This document shows positions 11,522 to 23,982 of a stretch of 64,000 bases of DNA, in pieces (position 1 is the first letter of the stretch; each line of letters starts with the position of its first letter). The stretch lies in contig NC_086106.1 of assembly GCF_963921235.1 (NCBI RefSeq), positions 23,746,001 to 23,810,000 of the forward strand. The letters run 5' to 3'. The stretch comes from Mobula hypostoma. Lineage: Eukaryota. The notes below the pieces were generated by a model. The model was not told where the DNA came from. It worked only from the letters and a program-made list of their open reading frames with translations, and searched no databases. The translations under genes were made by a program, and so were the position numbers.

Positions 11522-13156
11522 CCATGGCATGCAAAAGCTTGGGCACCCCTGGTGAAAATTTCGGTTACTGTGAACAGCTAACCGAGCAAAAGATGCCTTC
11601 ATTTCCAAAAGGCATAAAGGTAATGATCTCCCATTTTTGTAATATTTTAAGCAAGATTACTTTTTATTTTCCATCTTTTACAGTTTCCAAATAACAGAAA
11701 AGGAAGAGGGCGCGAAGCAAAGGTTTGGGAACACTGCATGGTCAGTACTTAGTAACACCCCCTTTCGCAAGTATCACAGCTTGCAAACGCTTATTGTGGC
11801 CTGCCAAGTATATTTCAATTCTTGTGTAGGAATTGCTGCCCATTTTGCCTTGTAAAAGTCCTCTAGTTATGTGAGAATCTTGGGCCGTCTTGCATGCAGT
11901 GTTCTTTTGAGGTCTGTCCACAGATATTCGATTATGTTTAGGTCGGGGAACTGTGAAGGCCATGGCAGGACCTTCCGTTTGCTCCTCTTCATGCAGTCCA
12001 TTGTGGAATTTGAGGTGTGTTTACCGCCATTACGCTGTTGTACAAGCCATCCTAATTTCAGCCTCACCTTTTTTTTTTTACAGACGGTGTGATGTTTGCT
12101 TTCAGAATTAGCCGGTATTGAATTAAATTCATTCTTCCCTACCAGTGAAATGTTCCCTGTGCACTAGCTGCAACACAAGCCCAAAATATGATCGATCCAA
12201 CCCCGTACTTAACAGTTGGAGAGGTGTTATGTTTTAATGAAATTCTGCACCTTTTGTTTCCTTCAAACATATCTCTGCTCATTGCGGCCAAATTGTTCTA
12301 CTTGAACTCCGTCAGTCCACATAACTTGTTTCCAAAATGCTTCAGGCTTGTTTAGATGTTTATCTGCAAACTTCTGGCGCTGGATTTTCTGGTCGGGAGG
12401 CAGGAAAGTTTTTCTTCTGATGACTCTTCCATGAAGGTCATATTTGTTCAGGTGTCGCTGCACAGTAGAAGAGTGCACCAACACTTCAGAGTCTGCTAAA
12501 TCTTCCTGAAGGTCCTTTGCAGTAAAACGGTTATTTTGATTTGCCTTTCGAGTAAACCTACGAGCAATTCTCTTGGAAAAAAAAAACAGAAAAAAAAAAA
12601 ACGTGGCCTTCCAGATCTCAACTTGACCTCCACCATTCTCTTAACTGCAATTTCTTAATTACATTACGAACTGAGGAAACGTCTACCTGAAAACGCTTTG
12701 CTATGTTCAGCTTTTTCCTGCTTTGTGGGCATCAATTATTTTAATTTTCAGAGTGCTAGGCAGCTGCTTAGAGTAGCCCATGACTGCTGATTGTTGGGAC
12801 AAGGTTAGATGAGTCATCATTTTATAAAGGTTTGAAATTTGCATTGCCTTGCCTTTTCTAACGATGATTGTGAACAAGCCAACGCCCAAACATGCTAACT
12901 AATGCATGAGACATTGATAAAAGTTATCTGAGAGCTCAAATCTCTCAGGGTGCCCAAACGTTTGTATGGTGTACCTTTCCTTCTTTTCTCTGTCTCCAAA
13001 ATTGTAAAAAGCAAAAATAATACTTGTTTAAAATGTTGAAAAAATGTTGCATCTTGAACTTTATGACTTTTGGAAATTAGTTCGTCTTCTGCTCACTTAA
13101 CTATTCACAGTAGCAGACATTTTGACCAGGGGTGCCCAAACTTTTGCGTACAACTG
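11522..13156 (-). mobile_element. Tc1-family DNA transposon with long (~200 bp) IR/DR-type TIRs, transposase pseudogenised
   Basis: TA flanks both ends. TIRs contain GCAAAAG(C/T)TTGGGCACCCCTGGT(C/G)AAAAT. Minus-strand fragments read KQLPSTLKIKIIDAHKAG, STVQRHL..GRVIRRK, FWKQVMWTD and WPSQFPDLNIIEYLW, in different frames. Confidence 0.9.
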
Positions 13157-13707
13157 TATCTCAGAATTTTACTTTCTAATTGCAGTCAAAATCAAGAAGC
13201 CTTGAAACCGCGAATAGGAAATATTTGTCGGATTTGGGATCAGTCATATCAAACGTAGAGAGCGTGGTATCTGTTGCTTTCAAAGAGTGGTGAAAGTTGG
13301 CAATCATCAATCATGTAATGTTCGGAAACCTAGTTGAAGGTGACAATGTGACGGGGTCACCAATAGAAATGTATGGTTACAGCTGTCTCCAAAGTAATCT
13401 ATCAGTCATGTTCTGTTCGGCTGATGATGATCAGAAATTAACAAAGTTAATGGAAATTATAGAATTCTAAAAACGAAACTAATAACTTAAAACAAAATAT
13501 GCGCGACTCTGAAGCTGCCTCTACAATACATCTGTGCGAAATAAGGCAGCTCATCAATGCACCAATCTAAAGTCAGGTAGATTCAGGAAATCCATACCAT
13601 CTCTTCGGGAAGTGGAGTTATGGTTTAACACGTTGCATCGGTCCCTGAAAGGGCGTCATTAAAGTGTGACTTGCTGACTGGTGATGTAACCATTTCCAGA
13701 ATATCAT

Positions 13708-13838
13708 CACGAGGAAATCTGCAGATGCTCCAATTTCATGCAACACATATAAAAGTTGCTGGTGAACGCAACAGGCCAGGCAGCATCTCTAGGAAGAGGT
13801 ACAATCGATGTTTCGGGCAGAGACCTTTCGTCAGAATG
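13708..13838 (-). repeat. Penelope-like element terminal fragment with a degenerate minimal hammerhead core
   Basis: The minus strand reads CTGACGA-AAGGTCTCTGCCC-GAAAC-ATC. Paralogs lie at 29088-29215 and ~39908-40180. Confidence 0.55.
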
Positions 13839-16266
13839 CCATGACTGTTTTCTTCAGGGTGGGGGTCAGAGGGTTTGTCAGAAAGACTTTGGCACAACTT
13901 CACGCCCTGTTCCCTCAGGGAACAGACATGATAAATGTTGGTCCTCAGTCGAGTTGCTGTCTGTACAATGTTTGCCATCAGTCCCATTTAGCGTTGTGTT
14001 GAATCGGAGTTTAATTGTTTTTTCATTCGCCACTTAAAACTGCCCGTCAGATGAAAATGAATAGTGTGAATGGATAAACGAGAATTGAATTGTTTATCTA
14101 CACGCGCCGTGTTAAAATAGGGGGAAATAAAACTATTTCCTTCTATTCGCTATTCGTTATCAGCAATGTTCAAAATACATCAATATTTTTCCAGCGCATG
14201 TTGATGAGCAGAAGAGTTTCATTGTTTTTTTTTTATGTTCGACAAGACCCGCGACGTGAATAGTTTTAGCCGCTCTGGAGTACAATGATATCTCAGTATT
14301 GATGCTTAATTAGTGATTCGTCTTCTGGAGAATCCTTTCAGATCTCCTTCCTTCATTGAAAATCCATTCCGATTAATCAATGCACCTCGTACGTTTAACT
14401 CCAGACGACTCATAATGTACAATCCCAATCAACCTACTAACCGATACAACTTTGAAATCTGGGTTGGACGCAGAAGCGTTTGCAGAACGCCGACGCAATA
14501 CGTGGGGAACACGTGGTGATAATTTGCAGTTGACCTTGGCAATAAACTTCGTAGCCTGACGCCCCGGGTTGTAAAACCGTCGTGTAAAAGCAACGCTGTT
14601 GTCGGCTTCTTAACAATGGAGACTCGGATCACAACAGCAGAGATACAAGGGCAGTAGGGTCGTGTGAACCGTATCAAACATTTAATCTTACCGGTCAATC
14701 GATATATATATCTGGTCCATGTATTTTCGGAGACTTCCATAAAACGCTAAAATAGAGACCTCTTTGTGAAGATGTAACATATTTCTGGAAATACAGCAAA
14801 GCCCCAGCGGGCAGACAATCGGTTATGCATTGTTGCCTGATAATCTAATACAAGATAGAGAATAGGTTAATGTGGCGCAAGTATCTACTCCCCTCTTGTG
14901 ACTTAATTCCAATGTAGTAGGTGTGGGAAGAATGAGATTCTTTTGGATTTGATATGGATAGCTAACTCAACGGAACCTCATGCGTTCCATACTGTATATG
15001 GCGATCACAAAACAAAAAGAATGCTTTTAAAATTTGTTGCTTTAGGCATGAGATATCTGAAGACGTTGTTATAGTTGTCACTCTGTCCATCTTACCCGGT
15101 AACAGAAGACCGGTAATCCGCAATCCACAATAAGACATGAGTATATTTGCCTGCCGTCAGGTCCACGGTCTCAACAAGCACAATCACATAAGTACCAATA
15201 TATTCAGTCTGCTCTTCCGGGATTGGCATGAGCAGTGAAACCTCTGTTCCGCCGGGTAACAAGATGACAAGGGAGAGTAATGAACTCGTATTATTTCACA
15301 GTTCGCGATATTCCTGTCATGTCCTCGACATGTCAGTGGCTCTGTACGTCTTTGAGATAATTCCTAAGCAGTCTGAACAGGGAAGTGGGAAACCAGTTGG
15401 AACTTTGATCACTTTATTGTAGACAAATGCAGAAAAACACAATAGAGAACTAATGAGAGCAGGTCAAATTTTTAAACTGACAAGGCGCAGACTACGCAAG
15501 ATTCTGATAGTTCTTTTGTTCTGAGTTATGAGTTTTGACGTAGCTCACGACAGTTCGCTTTCAATCTAGAAACCAAATTGCAGTAGTTGCATTTTCAGAG
15601 CCACACAAATGAAGCAATAATCAAATATTGTGCCTTGTGTTCCCTTCAATCCAATAAGGAGGTGTACATCTTATCATTCGTCCAACAATTTACTTATACG
15701 GCATTGTAAACCAAGCATGGGAATTTCTGTTGAAAAGCCAGGTTAGTCTTAACTATAGAATTACAAAATATTGCATATGCATTAGTCTGTCCTATCTATT
15801 GAGGCAAGTTCGCACGCGCCAATGAGATACACGTTTTTTTTGTTTTTTTTCATGACAATATTGCGATACATGCAATTAGATTAGCAATGAAACATTCTCA
15901 AACATATGTCAAAATTTTGTCAGCTCCCTTTGCTATGCAAAAACACAAAGTGGGAATGATGTTTTAGCATGTTGTTAGATAATATGAGCGACAGCTTACA
16001 GTTTATTGTTAACCATTGATTGAAACAGTGCATTGAACGTACGCTGACCTAAACTTTCTGTTTTGTTTTGCATTTATAGCTGGTATCCATCGGCATTACG
16101 TTCTCTGACCAAGCATCTTTCCACAAAGTTTTGTCACTCACTGGTTCAAATTACTGGACCCGTTACACTCATAGAGTGAGTTTCGTTGCAGTGCGTTCAA
16201 TTCTTTGCTGTCATTGATGCCTACGTATGTCGCTTCTTGACATCACGTGGTATTAAATAAGATATT

Positions 16267-17743
16267 CGTCATGGTCCGGTCCGTAAAGTCCGCGTTCCGG
16301 ATCACGGTCAGGTCCGTGGACAACGGACTCCAGGTATTCCGGCTGTTCCTTGCCTCAGCTGGCCTTAATCATAGGTACATGATGCTCGACTTGAGGCTTG
16401 GAATATCCGTGGCCCTGGGTTCGAGTGTGGTTGCTGATTCGTCTCAACAGTATCCCGACCTTGCCTCTGTGGGTTAAGTCAGGCCGTCTTTATCGTTACG
16501 CTGCGATTGGATCTGTTCCTTCCTGTCATTGCCTCCGTTGGATAAACCAGGTACTCTTTGCTTTTTCCCTGAAGCTGGACTGTTGCGTTCCCTCCCACTT
16601 CCTTCTGAAGCCTTCCCTGCTACCTGTGTCTGGAGTCCTGCCTGCAACCTGCGTCCGGTGCTCTGCCTACAAACTGCGTTTCGATCCCTGCCTGCAGCCT
16701 GTACCTCGAACCTTGCCTGCAATCTGGTCAAGTTCAACCACCGGAGCGAGACCGGAGCCTTACTCTATCAAGAAATGGAACTATCTGTCTATGAGTTGCA
16801 ACTGTGCCCGTGTCCACGCCTGCGCTAGGTAGGTCTGGCCGTTTGCCGCTACTTAGTTTTGGGAACTGGTCCTGTGTCCACACCTTCGCTACGTAATTCA
16901 AGGGGTTTGCCGCTACCTTGTGTGGGGAACCATCTCCTCGTGTTCTGCATTCTGTGTAGACCTCCGGCCTCATGTCCTGTTCCCAAGACGGTTTCCCGGC
17001 TCTGTGTTCCATGCACCTGTGTTCCTTTCTGTCAAATCCAAGGCTGCGTGCTGCCGTGCTCAAGACAAAGGCTCCGTGTTCTGCGTTCCTATCGTCTCAA
17101 GTCCAAAGTTCCGAGGTTACTGTAGTCCCAAGTCCAAGGCTCTGCTGTTCCTGAGTACCAAGTCAAGGCCTTATGTTTTTGTCCTGTCCATTTGCCTCGT
17201 CATGTCCATGTGTCTTGTCCTGTCCTGGAGTTACCTCGTCCTGCCCAGGTGTCTGTCGTACAGTCCTGTAGCCTCGCCTAGTCCCGTATACGAAGCACGT
17301 CATCCCTTCGCCTAGTTCCGGAGTCTGAGCACTCGTCAAGACCCAGGTTCTTGGTCCTTGTCCTGTCCCTGGCTCGGAGTCCAAACCCAAACCTCGTCAT
17401 GTCCTCGTCTCGAAGAACAAGCCATGACGAACACAAGCAATGGGGAATCCCAGCCATGAAAAAAAAGCAAGCTATGTCTACTTCTTTATCTACATCAAGT
17501 CCTCCCCTAGTTCTAGTGTCCGAAGCCGAATCAAGACTTAGGTTCTGGGTCCTTATCCAGTCTTTGGCGCGGGGTCCAACCCAGTCTCCTAGTTCCCAGT
17601 TCCTTGTCCTGGTATCGCTTGCCTAGCCAATGTCCTAGCTCAAGTTAATCTTCTTGTCCCAGTTCTCTAGTCAAGTCCTGTTCCTAGTACTTCAGTGTCT
17701 GTGTCTTGCATTTGGGCCCGCTCCCAGCTTCCCCACTATGACA
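16267..17743. mobile_element. Solo LTR, copy A
   Basis: Ends are CGTCA (TGTCA in copy B) and TGACA, flanked by ATATT/GTATT, a one-mismatch 5-bp TSD. No retroviral ORFs inside. Homologous to 31646-33001 and 43267-44610. Confidence 0.8.
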
Positions 17744-18416
17744 GTATTAATCCTCGATGGACTTCAGACCGTCGCTCGTATTATGAAAACATGAAAAAAG
17801 AAAACAGTAGAACGATGTTATACCACGACACTTGATTATTCCGCGTCTCAATAAACCTCCCATTAACAACCGAGGCTGATGAATGTGCGAGGAATAAGAA
17901 TATTAATATGATTACAATAATTTTTAGTATTTTATTTTAATAGTATTGCAGCGAGAAGACTCAGTGAAATGTGGACACTTCAACTTTACAACACTTGAAA
18001 TCAGATAGCTGATTATTAACGTAATTGAAATATCCATGGTTGGATTACAATCAATCTACGGAAAGATTTCATAAGACTGTTAATACAACGTGACAGCGAC
18101 TCTGAAATGTATATATACCAAGAGCGACTAATTTACCAAATCCACCGACACTTGTGGTTATATTGTGGCAGGAAGAAAGCACTAACAGCTGAGATATGAC
18201 GTCTCTCCATAAAGGGATTCACAGGGCTGAGTGCAAGTGACTTGATGCTTAATCGCGAAGCCATCGTACAAATTGTCGAAATATCTAATGATTTCGCTTT
18301 TTCAATGTAGTGTTCTCGTGCAGTGTTTTGAAACTCTGATTACGCACCAAGTTAAACCGGACCCAATGAGGACGGAGTCGTGGTAAGGTTAACCATATAC
18401 TCTTCCACATTAACAT

Positions 18417-19818
18417 TGTATGGTGAAAATACAAACATACACAGCTTCTGTTTTATTCTGGAGGTCACGTGCTTTCTGTTCTTTTAGCGACTGTATCTGG
18501 CCGCCCCGAGTAGAGAGCAACGGGGGTCCCGTCAAATCACCGCCGGGCCCGAGCCCACCCCGCGTTGTTTCTACAATGTTTCTTTGTGGGTAGACACGGA
18601 GACTTCACGATCATGCTGCAAGCATGGCACCCACCTTAACACCTTCCTGAACCACGGGTTACACAGAAGACGCGGCGAAACCGGGGGTGAAGTCATCACA
18701 TGCTGCGATATACCACAGACAATGCATGTACCTTTATTATACTGTAACTTAATTATCAACCTTTAACTTTAACTAGAAAATAGTTACAAACACATGATTT
18801 AAAGCATAGATTCAACAAAGTCAAATAAATGCCATAAGGACAACACACATCCCGCCTGACCTTTGTAAGGTCACTATAAATATGGCATAGAACTTTAATG
18901 TCTAGATCAGTGTTTCGGCAGAAGTAGAACAACTTCTGTAACAGGTCTCGGGTTTCCTTTTCAGGGTTAGTTGTAAAGACGTGAACCGGTTGACTGCCGG
19001 CTCTTTGTTGTTTGGGGAGCGTTGGCATGGTTCTCTGAACGGTGGTGGGACGACCTAGTTGTTCGTTTCGTCTCTAGTGTTCTTTGTGTTCATTCCTTTT
19101 GAGGAGATGGCGTTTTCTACAGATGGGGCAAGTTTACTATCGTGCTTACTGTGAGCGAAGACTGACTGTGCCAGTGTCTTCTCAGTTACTGTACTATGCT
19201 CGTGACTTTGTTGTGCTTCCTTGATACACGTAACACCTGTGGAAGGCTGAACAATTGAATGGCGACCACTTTCTAGCACGTTAATCTTGAGCGTGTGAAC
19301 TGCGGTCTGTGTACGTTGCATGGCCACACCGCTCGTATCACCACCCAGCCCAGATCCAGACGTTGGGCGAAAGGGGCGTTGTGTGATTCACTGACATTGT
19401 GCATCCTAAGTACCTCTCTTCCGAGTAACAGGAGTATTTCTGCTTCCGGATCCAGTTCCAGGCTGTCCCTTGCAATGTGGTGGAGATAGGGCTGGTATAG
19501 CACTGCGCTTGGTATCGGAATCTCGGATCGGTCATTTAACATCTGATTACACTCTAAGATTGGGTAGAGACTGATGACGACTTTGCCATCCAGCGACTCG
19601 AGCTGGAAGCCTTCTGCCTTCCTGCCATATGTTTCTGCGATGCCAGAGCAAGTACTGAAGTAGAATGGGAATGGAATACCGTTTACGCTGAACAACTCGA
19701 AGAAATCTGATCTCACTAGTGAGCGGTTCCTATGGTCGTCCAGAATTGCACAGGCTTTGATGGCCTTGTCTTTGGCTCATCTAGGGTATACCTTACGAAG
19801 GCAGATCTTTATGCACGA
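18417..19818 (-). mobile_element. Deleted BEL/Pao LTR retrotransposon, copy 1 (3' LTR 18417-18849 plus protease remnant), truncated at the duplication junction
   Basis: Minus-strand LESLDGKVVISL..EILLLLGR protease region. A PPT-like AGGCGGGA precedes an LTR running TGT...CACCATACA. Confidence 0.8.
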
Positions 19819-20659
19819 ATAGTAACCTTCCAGTATTTTATACTGTGCCCTGAAATACCAATAACCCTAATCTGGAGTGTAACAGCCAATGAGCTGATCT
19901 CCCACTGAATGTTAAACACTATCTCTGATGTATGTTCACCCACTTTACATTCTGAGCGATTAATCCAATGCAGCAGTTCCAGGAACAGTCCATCCGTACT
20001 ATTGTGAGAAACGCATTCAATCAAAACATCATTCCTTCGTATAGCCCTGTTATCGACCAGCATGGGCGATGTGTTTATTCAGACACTATTGTGGCCTATA
20101 TACGGCACCAGGTATCAACCGCACAACCCTATGTAAACAATTGCTTGGCCTCGGAACTGCATTTGTAATAAGACTCATACAGCTTTTAGGAAGTATCAAG
20201 CCTCTGAGCATAATTTGCAATAGTTCCAGTTAACCCAGTATAATGTTCGTGCTCACACTTGCCATCAATCATGCAACTGGTCGCTCTAATCACCATACCA
20301 TCAAAACTCTGACACGTGGGAATTATCTTTATTCGTCAGAAAATTCCAATTATACAAATGGTTTACTGGGAAAATACAACATCTCAAAACGCTCAGCTCC
20401 TTTAAGACTGGTTTATTAAGTTTGAGATTTGGAGAAAGAGGCTATTTTCTCCTGAGCTCCCGCAAAACAGAATAACAAACACGAAAAGACAGCTATCTTT
20501 CCACCAACAATCACGAAGTGATCGATATAAGTGGCAAATTTTGGTATGTTGTAAGGAATTTTCATACAAATTCAACAATCTGACCTATTGTTCCACAGTG
20601 CAAATTCCTTCGCCTTCCACAGGAATACATAGCAGTATCATCAACCGCATATCGTCATT

Positions 20660-21445
20660 CATAGAAACGTAGAAAACCTACAGCACAATACAAGCCCTTC
20701 GCCCACAAAGTTTTGCTGAACATGTCCTGACATTAGAAATTACCAGGATTACCCACAGCACTCTATTTTTCTAAGCTAACAATAAACTATCCAAAAGTCT
20801 CTGAAAAGACCCAATAGTATTCGGTTCCACCACCGTTGCCGGCAGCCCATTCTACACACTGACCACTCTCTGCGAAAAAAAACTTACCCCTAACACCTCC
20901 TTTGTACCTACTCCCCAGCACCTTAAAATATGCCCTCTTGTAGCAGCCATTTCAGACCTGGGAAGAACCCTCTGACTATCCACACGATCAATGCCTCCTA
21001 TCATCTTATATAACTCTATTAGGTCACCTCTCATCCTCCGTCGCTCCAACGAGAAACGGCCGATTTCACTGACCCTGTTTTCATAAGACATGCGCCCCAA
21101 TCCCGGCAACATCCTTGTAAATCTCCTCTGCACCATTTCTATGCTTTCCACATTCTTCCTGCAGTGAGGAGACCAGAACTGAGCACAGTACTCCATGTGG
21201 GTTCGGACCAGCTTCCTATGTAGATGCAATATTACCACTTGGCACATAAATTCAATACCGTGATAGAAAAAGTTCAGTACACCGGATGCCTTCTTAACCA
21301 CAGAGTCAACCTGCGCAGCTGCTTTGAGCGTCCTATTGACTCGGACCCCAAGATCCTACTGATCCTCCACACTGCCAAGCGTCTTACTATTAATACTATA
21401 ATCTGCCATCATACTTGACCTGCCAAAATGAATCACATCATATTT
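20660..21445 (-). mobile_element. CR1-type LINE 3' end (duplicate of 5308-6220)
   Basis: ORF 20852-21301 reads LVRTHMEYCAQFWSP..RRFTRMLPGL, with the same insertion context as copy A. Confidence 0.88.
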
Positions 21446-23674
21446 ACCTGGGTTGATTAGTCGCTGGAAATACAGAAAAGACACACAAAAAATTGAACTA
21501 CGACAACTACTTTCCAAATGTTCAGTTTACACCAAATGTCGTCATATGTGCTTAAATACAGGAAGAAGAGAGCAAGAGTCTTTCAAGTGCCATGTTATAT
21601 ACCCACTATATTTGAAACCGGACAAATGCACATATCCTTTCGGAAAATTGTGGTACCTTCTAAAGTAACTACTCACAACGGAAACAGTTGCAATGAATCA
21701 GTATAAGGCACTTCCCCACAGGACATCAGTGCATCAACATTTTCTGTGGAAGGGACTGGCTTTGTCCCGTATATGCTGCAGTGCAGAAATCTCGGTTGTT
21801 TCCGCTCTTTTGTATCCAATAAAATTAATTTTAACCCCGTTTTTGAAGTTACTGTTTGGTATTCTCTAACTGCTGGTCTGCAACAGCAAACGGTATTCAG
21901 AAACAGCAAACTAATCTTGCAGGATTGTTGGTCCGCTCTCAGTAGTGATATGCTGATGAGTGCACTGGACGCGGAAGAATATGAATTTTAAGTCGTTGTC
22001 CAATACATTAAGTCATTAAGATGATGACATATTTTGAAGACGCAGCATATATTTGCTAAATACGGCACATCTGATTGATAATGCGAAGGGGAAATAATTA
22101 TTTGCAGTAACACCACACACGGTTTTTATTCATAACCAGGTGCTTTGGAAATATTAACATACGTTATAAACATAATAGGGCAAATGTATATGAACCAGCA
22201 GCTGAGCCACCTGCAGCTGAAGTGTGACCGGTCAGAGGTAAATGGGGGTGTTGCAATAATAGCGGTGATCAGTTTTCTCTTCCTATAACATTGCTGATTA
22301 TTATGACCTGTCAATGTTGCTGCGATATGAACACTCCAAGACCATTGATAAGTGTAGGATTATAACATAGTCGAAGATCCTGCTCATTGTGGAATTAGTG
22401 GTAAGAAACTAAATGAAGCAATATCCTGAGGTTATATCGACTTTGTCTGTGGAGAAATTGCACAAGGAAATGTAGAAGGTGAAGAGTGATTCTCATGAAA
22501 AAGTAACTCGATCACATGAACACTAACTTGTCCCAGGTTTGCTGATTAAGTCGAGGCAAAGTTTTGTGCATGCAAGTTTGTTACTTCACAGATGTAAATG
22601 GGGGAAATGCTGAGCGTTCGCAACTACAGAGTACATTCTACTCCAGCAGCAGTTACATGGACTTGCCAAAGGAAGGACTATCAATGACAGCCACTGTCAA
22701 GGACATGCTTGTTTCATTCTTTGATGGGGAAGAATTCTGGAGTCATAAGGACCACACCAGCGAAATAAAGAAAATCCGAAAGGCTATTGCCCTGTAGCAA
22801 TGTGGCTCCTGAGTGAACGTGGAAAACTTCACTCATCTCAGTCCTGAGCTGATTGCACAACCGACAGACTCACTTTAATGATAATTCGTTGTCGCAGCGT
22901 GTTCTTTTTAAACTGAGCGTGTTATCTTCTTTTTACACTTTTGTTGCTTGCCCGTCTATAGTTATGTATATTATAATTAATATATTGCAATTTTTTTCCT
23001 GATTATCGTGACATCACTATCTACCATTATTAAATTTAACGGCTACCAGGGCTTTGTAATTTAATTTTAGATATAATTTATTTGTGGAACCTTCATGTCA
23101 AATATAGCAAGAAAACGATACATTTCCGAAGGGTTTATGAGGTCAGACTGCACATAAATTATCCAGTAATTACATTTTTCCATCCTTGACTTTAAGAAAA
23201 AATAAAAACTTACTTCGGCTTACATTGACAGCATAAATGTCAAACGAGAAATTAATGCTGAGTACTTCCATAAAAACAGGAAGTGGTTTATATCTCTAAG
23301 TTTATCGCAAGGAGATACACGTAAACATGTTCAGTTATTCTGTTTCAGGTGCATGAATTGGCGAAGGGAAGTGGATGTATCCACAAAGTAGAAAGAGGAG
23401 GTAGAGCGAGATGAGGCTCGACAGAAATTCCGTTTTCATTGCCGAAAGATCTATTGAATCCATGGCAAGTGACTTTTTTTTTTAACGATACTGTTTGAGT
23501 ACTATAAACAGGAAGGAGACGTCAACATAGGAAAAAATAATAGACATATAGTGAATTGTGTGGTATGCCTCCTTCGTATTTTCGCAAATGTTACATTACT
23601 CACATGAAAACAACTCCTATGTTTAGAATTCACAGAATGGAAATATACCAACTACATATTTTCTACGTCACACT

Positions 23675-23696
23675 ACGATGTCACTTCCGATTCTTC
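23675..23696. promoter_or_regulatory. Conserved 22-bp V-promoter element, V3 copy
   Basis: ACGATGTCACTTCCGATTCTTC, 287 bp upstream of the ATG at 23983. Confidence 0.65.
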
Positions 23697-23982
23697 CATC
23701 TTTGCCGAATTACCTTATATGCAGCTCAATGCTTTGCACGGAAGTTGTAATGGAGGTCAGATCGAGCCTTATCTGTCAGTAAAGAATTGATTGGTTGTAC
23801 TGATAAACAAAGAAGTAGTGATGTATTGCAACGATTCAGTTGATTGGGGGTTTTGGAAAAAAAAGAAGCTTTGTGCTGATTGGATGCGACCAACAATATA
23901 ACAGTACACACCTTCCGAATTTCTAATTAAAACTTCCTTAACAATAAGATTATTTCAGTTGCAATTCACAGGCTGTGCAGAC

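Larger units (their letters stand above)
4449..19818 (+). repeat. Tandem segmental duplication, copy A (~15.4 kb)
   Basis: Collinear with 19819-35075 at an offset of ~15.2-15.4 kb, e.g. 4449/19819, 7328/22564, 8737/23983, 14313/29698, 16267/31646 and 18417/33670. Confidence 0.92.

Noticed and set aside
14692-14740. Minus-strand ATG plus 16 codons plus G/GTAAG, resembling a leader exon
   Set aside because: The peptide (MEVSENTWTRYIYRLT) is not hydrophobic, the ATG is lost in copy B, and no V exon follows in any frame I translated.
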